This document shows positions 1 through 7,384 of a stretch of DNA of 61,525 nucleotides, piece by piece (position 1 is the stretch's first letter; each line of letters begins with the position of its first letter). The stretch comes from Thermoplasmata archaeon (lineage in GTDB: Archaea > Thermoplasmatota > Thermoplasmata > Lutacidiplasmatales > UBA184). The stretch is from assembly GCA_021827405.1 (NCBI GenBank), contig JAKAVY010000005.1, positions 1 through 61,525 on the forward strand, in the 5' to 3' direction. A program made the translations under genes and the position numbers. Under the pieces are notes generated by a model that saw nothing but the letters and a program-made list of their open reading frames with translations, ran no database searches and was not told the origin of the DNA.

Positions 1-955
1 GGTTCGGGGGGCTCGGGTAGGTGTGCACGATGGGGGCGGCCCCGCCGCCCGCCGCGTTGGAGCCCACGAAGACCGTGAACGTGTAGTTGCTCCACGCGTT
101 CTCCGTCACCCCGTTGGAGACCAACGTGGTGGGGACCGCGAAGGTCACCGGGTAGCCCCCGATCGCGGCGCTGGAGGAGGCCGTCACGGTGACCGTGAGG
201 GGGCTGCCGGGGGAACCGCCCGTCCCCGAGGCCGTCCCCAGGGTCACGGGCGCGGTGCGGTTGACCACGTAGTAGGGCGTCCCCACCGTGGTGGTGGGGT
301 TGGTGGGCGGCGAGCTCACCCACGCTCCGAGGGTGACCGTCCCGCCGGGGCGGATCACCGAGGAGGCGGCGGAGGTGGCCGTGGAGTTCGCCACCACCTG
401 TCCCGCGGTCTGGACCAGGTTCCCCAGGATGTCCGCGGTGAAGGATCCGGTGACCGTGACCGGGGCGAGCGCTCCCAGGTTGTCGTGGAGCGCGCCACTG
501 GAATCCGTCGCCACCGCGTAGACATAGTAGGTCCCGGGCGTCGGGTAGGCGTAGCTCACGGTGGAGGTGGCGGTGGTCTCGGAGACCCCGTTGCCGAAGA
601 AGTAGGTGTAAGACGAACCGATGAGGCCGTTGGGCAGCCCCACGCTGATGGGGACCAACTGGCCATTCTGGACGGAGGAATAGGCGACGTTGACCTGGGC
701 ATTGTGGTTCAGGACGGTGGTGCTACTGCACTTGGGGCTGTTGGCCGGCTGACAGGTGGTGACGGTGTTCTTCGTCACGCTCGAGCCGCTGTTGCTGGCC
801 GGAAGGACAAGGTAGGTGCCCACCCCGCTGGCCACCAGGATGATCAGGATGATCATCACGGCGACCACGGTGGCCATGCCGCGGCGGTCCGGCTTGGCCG
901 TCGAGGAAGGGGCGGGGGTGTCAGGGTTCTCGGGGGGAGCGGTTGCGCTCGACAT
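1..955 (-). CDS. Surface protein, N-terminal part only (gene runs off the left edge). It has a membrane anchor or class-III-like signal followed by a PKD-like Ig domain.
   Basis: It is absent from the ORF track because there is no stop in the window. My translation of the minus strand starts at the ATG complementary to cat 953-955: MSSATAPPENPDTPAPSSTAKPDRRGMATVVAVMIILIILVASGVGTYLVL... A later stretch, ...SSYTYFFGNGVSETTATSTVSYAYPTPGTYYVYAVATDSSG..., is PKD-like. The rest is T/S/N-rich with NxS/T sequons. The listed + ORF 23..1057 is its R/G/D-rich shadow. Confidence 0.6.
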   Translation of the reverse strand, partial: MSSATAPPENPDTPAPSSTAKPDRRGMATVVAVMIILIILVASGVGTYLVLPASNSGSSVTKNTVTTCQPANSPKCSSTTVLNHNAQVNVAYSSVQNGQLVPISVGLPNGLIGSSYTYFFGNGVSETTATSTVSYAYPTPGTYYVYAVATDSSGALHDNLGALAPVTVTGSFTADILGNLVQTAGQVVANSTATSAASSVIRPGGTVTLGAWVSSPPTNPTTTVGTPYYVVNRTAPVTLGTASGTGGSPGSPLTVTVTASSSAAIGGYPVTFAVPTTLVSNGVTENAWSNYTFTVFVGSNAAGGGAAPIVHTYPSPPN

Positions 956-1323
956 GGTTGCTCTTGCCTGGCGGACCAGGCAGGAGACCGACCCGGAAGC
1001 CGGTATATCCGTACCAGAAACGCTGGGGGGACGCAGGCCGACCTGATAGGGATATGAGGGGTGCCCTGACCCCCCGGGGGCCCGTATATATGTACAAGGT
1101 CGGGACGCCCACCGGCGCTTCCGGGCCTCGCACTTCCCTCATCTTCCGGCCGGTACATTAACCTCCGGTCGGGCGGTCATCCCCGATAGGGAGACCGGGG
1201 CGGCCGGCAGGCATGGGGAGGCATCTCTTCCGTCCGCCCTTCATCGCCCGACAGGTACGCTCCAAGCAGGCGCCTTACCCGTCCTAAGGGGTCGATGCGT
1301 TCCCGCCGGGGCCGAGGGCGCTC

Positions 1324-3645
1324 CTACCGGATGTGGTCCAGCGAGAACGACCCGATGTTGAAGGCCCGCCGGGTGAAGTTGTAGGTGATCCAGGCCCGGG
1401 ACTGGACCTCCCCCAGGCCCTTGACGGAAAGGTAGGTCTTCAACTGGTCCACCTTGAGGTTGACGGACCCGTCCATCAGATGCTCTAAGAGCTGGATGTC
1501 GCTCTCGCTGTGCATCCCCGCGTCCACCACGTAGTAGCTCAGGGCGTGGTCCATCTTGCGCTTTCCCAGGAAGGGCTGGAGGAAGCGCAGGGTGTTGGCC
1601 ACGTCCAGATAGGCGGTGACGGTGCTCACGGACTCGAAGACCAGCCGGTAGTACTCGGAATTCTTGCGGAAGGCGTTGGCGGCCTCGTCCACGGCCCGGG
1701 AGACGTTCTCCAGCACGTTCTTGTCGTCGGCGGAGAGGAGCGTGACCAAAGGGTCCGTGGAGGTGATCCCCAGGCTCATGGAGTAGAGGTCCACGTAGCG
1801 GACCAGGCCCCGCTTCTCGTACTCCGTGTAGGCGGGGAGGATGGCGGTCATCTCCTCGCGGACGGTAGTGGTGGCCTTGTCGGAAAGGATCCAGAGGATC
1901 GGCACCCCCTTCTTCAGGCCCTCCGCCGCCAGGAGCCGCGCCAGGAGCTCCTTCCCGGTGTGGGCCGGACCGTTCACCAGGATGTTCGTGCCCAGGGGGA
2001 CGCCCCCGAAGAGCAGGTCGTCGAGGCGGGGCACACCGGTGCGCACCTTGTTCGCCTCCACCTCCTCCTTCATCTGGGCCCGGGCCTCTTGGAGGTCCTC
2101 GTCGGAGACCTCCCGCTCCTTCTTCTGGAGCTCCTCCAACCGTTGGTGCAGGTAGGTCTCCCGGGTCCTAAGCTCCTCCTCCTTCCGGGAGAGCTCCCCT
2201 TCCAGCTCGGCCAGGCGCTTGGTCTTCATGAGGACCTCCGGGTCCGTGGAGATCTTCTGGGCCTCCGTCAGCTCCCGGAGCTGGCCCTGGAGCGTCTGCT
2301 CCTTGATCCGGAGCTCCTCCTCCCAGTGGATGAGCTCCTTCTCCTTGAACTGGACCGGTTGGAGCTTCCGCTCCATCTCGTCGGCCCGGAGCATGAGCTC
2401 CTCGAGCCGGGACTTGACCCCGCTCTCCTTCAGGGCGAGCTCGCGCTCCCGCGCCTCCAGGTCCGAGAGGCTCTTCTTGACCTCGGCCCCCAGGGCCTTG
2501 CCGTCGAGCTTCGTGAGCTGGGCGTGCCGGTCGTTGAGCTCCTTCTCGGCCTTCAGGTTCTGGACGGTCTCCTCCAGTTGGATGATCCTCCGCCGAAGCT
2601 CCGCCTCCCGTTCCGAGAAGGCCCGCTCCTTCTCCTCCAGCTCCTGCTGGAAGCGGAGGGAGATCTCCCGTTGGGCCCCGGGGCTGGTCCCGGGCTGCTC
2701 TTGGGCCCGGGCGAGGGCCTCCCGGAGTTCCCGGATCTCCCGGTCCCGTTCCCCCAGGAGACGCTGCGCGTCCCCGGTGCTGGCGGAACCCCGGGCGCTC
2801 TCCAGCTGACGCTTGAGCTCCTGGATCTCCGCCTCCCGGCTCGCCAGGGACTCCTCTCGGGCCCGGGCCTCCCGGTTGCGGACGTACTTGATCACCGCCA
2901 CCGAGCCCTTCTTGACGTGCTCCAGCTCCTCTTCCAAGCCCCGTCGGCGGGCCCGCTCGTCATGGAGTTGTCGGGTCAGCTCCTGCGCCTCCCGAAGGAG
3001 CTCCCCCGGCTCGAAGGACTCGCTCCGGGCCTTCTCCAGGACGCCCGTGAGCCAGTTGAGGACCGCCTCCTCCCGCTCCCTAAGGTCCTCGGGGATGGCC
3101 CCGTGTCCGGGGCGACCCCCCCGGGCCCGGGAGGGGGGTGCCCGGGTGGAAGCGAGAGCGTCCGCGGCAGGGGAGGCCGCGGGAGCGGGGCTCCCCCCCG
3201 CGTTGCCAAGGGCCTCGGCGGAGGGCAGGTGAGCGCCCTCCTCCCCGACCCAGGCCTCCAGGACCGTGTCGTCCCCGGCGATCCAGCGGCGCAGCGCGTC
3301 GCTTCCGCCGGGACTCGGTCCCGGGGACCGCCGGCGGGCCCCGCGTCCCTTCCCCCGGGTCTGGGTCCGGGAGGCCAGCCATTTCTCCAGGAGCGCGTCG
3401 CCCTCCCCTCCGGGGGAGCCCTGACCCTTCACCCGTCCTGCCTCCTCCCGGGAGAGTCCCAGCTCCTCGAGCCTTTCCAAGGGGAGCGCTCGGACCTGGG
3501 CCGGGTCCAGATACCCCGCCTCGCAGAGGCGCGCGGAGACCGGCCCGGGAAGGGAGAGCGCCTCCGCGAGCTTCCGTACCGCCTCTTCCCGGCCTGGGGG
3601 ATCCTTCCCCGGGAGGGGTCCGGCCCCGATGGCCGCCTCCGCCAT
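1324..3645 (-). CDS. KaiC/RecA-superfamily ATPase domain protein with a long central coiled coil and a helix-hairpin-helix-like N-terminus
   Basis: 773-aa ORF. The C-terminal ~230 aa read VRTGVPRLDDLLFGGVPLGTNILVNGPAHTGKELLARLL...ILWILSDK...YYVVDAG, a KaiC/FlaH/RadA-paralog type P-loop domain. The Walker A motif GPAHTGK is encoded at 1951-1971. The central ~350 aa are E/R/L/K-rich heptad sequence. The N-terminus reads LSLPGPVSARLCEAGYLDPAQVRALPLERLEELGLSREEAGRV. Confidence 0.7.
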   Translation of the reverse strand: MAEAAIGAGPLPGKDPPGREEAVRKLAEALSLPGPVSARLCEAGYLDPAQVRALPLERLEELGLSREEAGRVKGQGSPGGEGDALLEKWLASRTQTRGKGRGARRRSPGPSPGGSDALRRWIAGDDTVLEAWVGEEGAHLPSAEALGNAGGSPAPAASPAADALASTRAPPSRARGGRPGHGAIPEDLREREEAVLNWLTGVLEKARSESFEPGELLREAQELTRQLHDERARRRGLEEELEHVKKGSVAVIKYVRNREARAREESLASREAEIQELKRQLESARGSASTGDAQRLLGERDREIRELREALARAQEQPGTSPGAQREISLRFQQELEEKERAFSEREAELRRRIIQLEETVQNLKAEKELNDRHAQLTKLDGKALGAEVKKSLSDLEARERELALKESGVKSRLEELMLRADEMERKLQPVQFKEKELIHWEEELRIKEQTLQGQLRELTEAQKISTDPEVLMKTKRLAELEGELSRKEEELRTRETYLHQRLEELQKKEREVSDEDLQEARAQMKEEVEANKVRTGVPRLDDLLFGGVPLGTNILVNGPAHTGKELLARLLAAEGLKKGVPILWILSDKATTTVREEMTAILPAYTEYEKRGLVRYVDLYSMSLGITSTDPLVTLLSADDKNVLENVSRAVDEAANAFRKNSEYYRLVFESVSTVTAYLDVANTLRFLQPFLGKRKMDHALSYYVVDAGMHSESDIQLLEHLMDGSVNLKVDQLKTYLSVKGLGEVQSRAWITYNFTRRAFNIGSFSLDHIR

Positions 3646-3675
3646 GATCGTCGGTGTGTATTACCTCGGGTAAGT

Positions 3676-3683
3676 CTATATAG
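3676..3683 (-). promoter_or_regulatory. TATA-like box (ctatatag) about 30 nt upstream of the ATG at 3645
   Basis: This is the only A/T-rich word in the 3646-3783 divergent intergenic region. Its spacing to the start codon matches the pattern seen at other genes in this window. Confidence 0.4.
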
Positions 3684-3783
3684 GCTTGGTCTCCGCAAAA
3701 CGCCCCCTCTGGGCATGCGGCCCCGGTCCGGGGAAGGCGCCCGCATCGCCAACGGTTTTTCCTCCAGGGGATAGGGGGTAAGG

Positions 3784-4767
3784 ATGCGGGCACGTTGGCA
3801 CCTGGTCTTCTGGCTGGCCCTCTTTGTGGCCTCGCTGCTGGTGGTTCCCGCCCTGATCCCACCCCAACGGGAACCCACCTACACCATCGGCCCCGTTTCC
3901 GTCGGGGACCACTGGATCTACCAGGGGTCGAGCCCCCCCGGGGCCGCCCCCACGGGCGCGCCACCCCAGCTTTACATGAACGTGACCGCGGTCACGGGGG
4001 GGGTCGGGGGGAACCTCACCGAGGTCTCCGAGGGCTTCCAGACCCTTCCCCGGGGGAACCCCTCCTGGCCCTGGCTCAACCTGACGTACCAGGACCCGCT
4101 GGGAGCGATCGTCTCCTTCGGGGTTCCCTGTGGGGCGGGGAACGTCACCGTCACCCCGGAGCGCCCGGTCGTCCTGGGGCTGGGCTTTCCCCTGACGGGG
4201 GCCACGCGGAGCTCCTTCACGGTCCCGGCCCGCACCCAGGGCAACTGCCCGTGGGGGGCCGTCACGCTGGACGGGGCCGGGGTCACCCACCCGCTCCCGC
4301 CGCCCGCGGGAGAGAACTGCGGGCTCTACGTCTGTGACCTCGCCTGGACCTACCAGGTCTCGTACCGGATCAACGTGACCAGCCTGACCGGGACGGTGCT
4401 CTACCCGGTCTCCTTCCAGGGGATCTACGACCCCTCCATCTCGGGATACCGGTCGCTCTCCGCGAGCTCGGAGCGGGGGAACTGGTCCGGGTCCCTGGCG
4501 GTCTCCCAGGCCCCGGCCACCACCGCGTCCCCGCCGTTGTGGCTGAGCCTGCTCGAGAGCCTGGGGGTCGTCCTGCTCGTGCCCCTCGTGGCCCTGGCGG
4601 TGGAGGGGCTTCGATTCCGTCGGAGCGCGCGGCGGCAGGCCGAGGAGGACCGTCGGGAGCTCTCGGAGCTCCTCCCGCCTGGGATGTCGGATCCCTTCCA
4701 AGAGCCGCTAGACGACCTTCCCCCTTCTCCCGAAGATGACCCGGGGCCGGGGCCACCTTCTAATTAA
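3784..4767 (+). CDS. Secreted, C-terminally membrane-anchored glycoprotein (hypothetical)
   Basis: The N-terminal signal peptide is MRARWHLVFWLALFVASLLVVPALI. The ectodomain has several NxT/S sequons and paired Cys residues. The C-terminal TM segment is LWLSLLESLGVVLLVPLVALAV, followed by a charged tail. Confidence 0.6.
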   Translation: MRARWHLVFWLALFVASLLVVPALIPPQREPTYTIGPVSVGDHWIYQGSSPPGAAPTGAPPQLYMNVTAVTGGVGGNLTEVSEGFQTLPRGNPSWPWLNLTYQDPLGAIVSFGVPCGAGNVTVTPERPVVLGLGFPLTGATRSSFTVPARTQGNCPWGAVTLDGAGVTHPLPPPAGENCGLYVCDLAWTYQVSYRINVTSLTGTVLYPVSFQGIYDPSISGYRSLSASSERGNWSGSLAVSQAPATTASPPLWLSLLESLGVVLLVPLVALAVEGLRFRRSARRQAEEDRRELSELLPPGMSDPFQEPLDDLPPSPEDDPGPGPPSN

Positions 4768-4768
4768 A
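4761..4768 (+). promoter_or_regulatory. TATA-like box (taattaaa) about 25 nt upstream of the tyrS ATG
   Basis: An A/T island sits in GC-rich sequence, and its spacing to ATG 4790 fits a leaderless transcript. Confidence 0.5.
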
Positions 4769-4789
4769 GGGCGTTCCGTCCCCGGTACC

Positions 4790-5836
4790 ATGGACCGCAC
4801 CGAGCGGCTGCACCGGGTCCTCCGCAACAGCGCGGAGGTGCTCGTCCGGGAGGAGCTGGAGGCTCTCCTCGCCCGGGAGGAGCACCCCCGGGCCTACATC
4901 GGCTACGAACCGAGCGGGAGCTTCACCGTCGGCCAGCTGGTCACCCTGGCCAAGGTCCGGGACCTGACGGCCGCGGGGTTCCGCGTCACCGTCTTCCTCG
5001 CGGACTGGCACGCGTACATCAACGACAAGCTCGGAGGGTCCTGGGAACGCATCCGGGCCTCGGGCCGGGCCATGGAGCACGTCTTCCGCGGGCTGGGGAT
5101 CGGCGAGGGCGTGACCTTCCGCTGGGCCTCCGAGCTCACCGGCCGCTCCGAGTATTGGGAGCGGGTCATCCGGGTGGCGAAGGCCATGAGCCTCGCCCGG
5201 GCAAAACGAGCGATCACCATCATGGGGCGGAAGGAGGGGGAGGAGGAGGTGGACGCGAGCAAGCTGTTCTACCCGGCCATGCAGGTGGCGGACATCTTCG
5301 AACTGCCGGTGGAGCTCGCCTATGCCGGGATGGACCAGCGGCGGGCCCACGTGCTCGCCCGGGAGGTGGCGCACCATTACGGCTGGCCCGTGCCCGTGGC
5401 CCTGCACACCCCGCTCGTCTCGTCGCTGAAGGGCGGGGGACGGATGAGCATGGACGACTCCGGGGGCGTGGAGCGAAAGATGTCGAAGAGCGACCCGGAG
5501 TCCGGCATCCCCGTCCCGTCGTCCCGGGAGCTTATCGAGGAACGGCTTCAGAAGGCGTTCTGCCCGGCCAAGGAGGTGGAGGGGAACCCGGTGCTGGAGC
5601 TGGCCCGTTACGTGACCTTGCCCTGGGAGGGCCGGCTGACAGTGCACCGCCCCCCCCGCTTCGGGGGGGATGTGGAGTTCAGCACGGAGGAGGCGCTCCT
5701 CGCCGCCTGGCAGACGGGGGGGCTGCATCCGGCAGACCTGAAGCGCGCGGTGGGGGAGGCCCTGGACCGGATCATGGCCCCCTTAAGCTCCTCCCGTCCG
5801 GGGCCGGAACCCCCCTCCGTAGGGGATTTGGCTTAG
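4790..5836 (+). CDS. tyrS: Tyrosyl-tRNA synthetase (archaeal type)
   Basis: Motifs read AYIGYEPSG...FLADWHAYINDK...YPAMQVADI...GMDQRRAHVLAREV...KMSKS...CPAKEVEGNPVLELARY...RPPRFGGD. The sequence is collinear with the M. jannaschii TyrRS as I remember it. I chose the internal ATG at 4790 (MDRTERL...) behind the TATA word. The ORF-track start at 4736 lies inside the preceding gene. Confidence 0.9.
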   Translation: MDRTERLHRVLRNSAEVLVREELEALLAREEHPRAYIGYEPSGSFTVGQLVTLAKVRDLTAAGFRVTVFLADWHAYINDKLGGSWERIRASGRAMEHVFRGLGIGEGVTFRWASELTGRSEYWERVIRVAKAMSLARAKRAITIMGRKEGEEEVDASKLFYPAMQVADIFELPVELAYAGMDQRRAHVLAREVAHHYGWPVPVALHTPLVSSLKGGGRMSMDDSGGVERKMSKSDPESGIPVPSSRELIEERLQKAFCPAKEVEGNPVLELARYVTLPWEGRLTVHRPPRFGGDVEFSTEEALLAAWQTGGLHPADLKRAVGEALDRIMAPLSSSRPGPEPPSVGDLA

Positions 5837-5845
5837 ATGGTCAGG

Positions 5846-5877
5846 ATACGTTAAATATACATTGAGCATACGTTAAA
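5846..5877 (+). promoter_or_regulatory. Direct repeat of ATACGTTAAA (5846-5855 and 5868-5877). It could be tandem BRE/TATA elements, an operator, or both.
   Basis: There are two exact 10-nt copies 22 nt apart in the 56-nt gap between tyrS and the RHH-proteasome gene. The same CGTTAAATA-type word precedes rpl7ae and ftsZ. Confidence 0.45.
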
Positions 5878-5892
5878 ACGGAGTTATGGCGT

Positions 5893-6627
5893 ATGTCAGA
5901 GATACGCACCGTGATCCCCGATGAGATCGACCAATACCTGGAGGCCGTGGTACGGACCGGCCCGTTCGCCAGCAAGGCCGAGCTGGTCCGGGCGGCGCTG
6001 GTCTCCTACGCCCAGGAAGCAGGCCCGCTCGCCCAGGGGTTCGACAAGGACCTGCTCTTCTCCCCCGATGGCCGCCTCTACCAGGTGGAGTACGCGCGGG
6101 AGTCCGCCCGGCGGGGTGCGCCGGTGGCCGGGCTCGTGTACGACGGGGGCGTGCTGATCACCGCCGCCTACCGGAAGCAGACCTCGGTCCCCTGCGTGGG
6201 GCCCAAGCTCACCGGGAAGGTCACCCCCGTGGGCGGCTCCATCCTCCTCGCGGGCAGCGGTCTGGTGGCGGACATCGCCATGGTCACGCACGAGCTCGGG
6301 TCGTTCAAGGGGACGACCCCCGAGGTCTGGGCCCAGGCCCTCCGGTCGATCTTCTGGAAGGCCACCCTGGAGCGGAGCCGGAGGCCGCTCGGGGCCTCCA
6401 TGCTCCTGGCCAGTACGCTGGGCGGGAACCCCCGCCTCTTCCTGGTGGACCCGAGCGGCAGCATCACGGAGGCCGACGGCATCCTCATGGGGTCTGTGCC
6501 TGAGGGGGCTACGGACCGGCTCCCGAAGGAGTATCGGCGCGGCACGGCGAAGGAGGCCGAGGCCTTCGCCTCCAGCCTGCTCAAGGAGCCCACGACGCTC
6601 CTCGCCCACCACCATCTGGCCGTCTGA
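5893..6627 (+). CDS. Proteasome alpha-type subunit homolog with an N-terminal ribbon-helix-helix (CopG/Arc-like) domain
   Basis: Residues 4-40 read IRTVIPDEIDQYLEAVVRTGPFASKAELVRAALVSY, the RHH strand-helix-helix pattern with the G-x-(F/Y)-x-S-(K/R)-x-E-x-(I/V)-R signature. Next comes LLFSPDGRLYQVEYARESARRGAPVAGLVYDGGVLI...LAGSGLVADI...RPLGASMLLAS...PRLFLVDPSGS, which is the alpha-subunit hallmark and core. Confidence 0.75.
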   Translation: MSEIRTVIPDEIDQYLEAVVRTGPFASKAELVRAALVSYAQEAGPLAQGFDKDLLFSPDGRLYQVEYARESARRGAPVAGLVYDGGVLITAAYRKQTSVPCVGPKLTGKVTPVGGSILLAGSGLVADIAMVTHELGSFKGTTPEVWAQALRSIFWKATLERSRRPLGASMLLASTLGGNPRLFLVDPSGSITEADGILMGSVPEGATDRLPKEYRRGTAKEAEAFASSLLKEPTTLLAHHHLAV

Positions 6628-6664
6628 CCTCGGGCGACGGGGCGCCTGGTGGGCCTTCCACGAG

Positions 6665-6674
6665 CGTTAAATAC
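6665..6674 (+). promoter_or_regulatory. BRE/TATA-like word cgttaaatac upstream of rpl7ae, implying a ~70-nt leader
   Basis: It is an A/T island in the 6628-6745 intergenic region, and the same word family occurs at 5846-5877 and 49432-49444. Confidence 0.5.
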
Positions 6675-6745
6675 GGGGGCCGGTACGCGGCCGGGCCCGT
6701 GAGCCGAGGAACCCCCCTGCGGGGTCCCGCTGACGCGAGGTGACC

Positions 6746-7117
6746 ATGGCGAAAGCAGTCTTCATCCGGTTCGAGACCCCCACGGACGTCGCCGACAAGG
6801 CCCTTCAGTTGGTCCAGGTGGCCCGGGAGACCGGGAAGATCCGGGTCGGGACCAACGAGGTCACCAAGAGCTCCGAACGCTCCGAGGCGAAGCTCGTCCT
6901 CTTGGCGGAGGACGTGGACCCGGCGGAGATCCTGATCCATCTCCCCATGCTCTGCGAAGAGAAGCGGATCCCCTACCTCTACGTGCCGAAGCGGCAACGC
7001 CTGGGCCAGATGGCGGGGCTCACCAAGTCCGCCGCCAGCGTGGCCGTCGTCGAGCCCGGCCAGGGGAAACCCCTCCTGGACGAGCTCTCCCAGACCTTCG
7101 TGACCTTGAAGAAGTGA
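6746..7117 (+). CDS. rpl7ae: Ribosomal protein L7Ae (K-turn binding protein)
   Basis: The protein reads MAKAVFIRFETP...ALQLVQVARETGKIRVGTNEVTKSSERSEAKLVLLAEDVDPAEILIHLPMLCEEKRIPYLYVPKRQRLG. I chose the ATG at 6746, which is preceded by gaggtga (SD-like, 6737-6743). The track start at 6740 is a GTG inside that SD. Confidence 0.92.
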   Translation: MAKAVFIRFETPTDVADKALQLVQVARETGKIRVGTNEVTKSSERSEAKLVLLAEDVDPAEILIHLPMLCEEKRIPYLYVPKRQRLGQMAGLTKSAASVAVVEPGQGKPLLDELSQTFVTLKK

Positions 7118-7146
7118 ACTTACCGTAGGAAGCCGGGCTCAAGAGC

Positions 7147-7359
7147 ATGGCAGACGACAAGGGCTCCCCCTCCGAGGTGGTGGAGCTGGTGGGACGCACC
7201 GGGATGGCCGGGGAGGCCACCCAGGTCAAGGTCCGGGTCCTCGCCGGGCGGGACCGGGGGAAGATCATCACGCGGAACGTCATGGGCCCGGTCCGGGTGG
7301 GCGACGTGCTCATCCTGAGGGAGACCGCCCGGGAAGCGCGTAAGCTCTCGGTGCGCTGA
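7147..7359 (+). CDS. rps28e: Ribosomal protein S28e
   Basis: The 70-aa product reads [58 protein letters not shown]. It sits in the typical position after L7Ae. Confidence 0.9.
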   Translation: MADDKGSPSEVVELVGRTGMAGEATQVKVRVLAGRDRGKIITRNVMGPVRVGDVLILRETAREARKLSVR

Positions 7360-7384
7360 AGGGAGGACCCGTCGGGGATCGATC

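Noticed and set aside
23-1057. 344-aa + strand ORF at the left edge
   Set aside because: The translation is R/G/D/H/V-rich with no recognisable motif. The opposite strand gives a coherent signal-anchor plus PKD-like protein, so this is a typical GC-rich shadow ORF.
1510-3774. 754-aa + strand ORF antisense to the KaiC-like/coiled-coil gene
   Set aside because: Its L/P/G/E/R-rich composition mirrors the antisense of an E/R/L coiled coil, and no motifs are visible. The minus-strand product has a clear P-loop domain.
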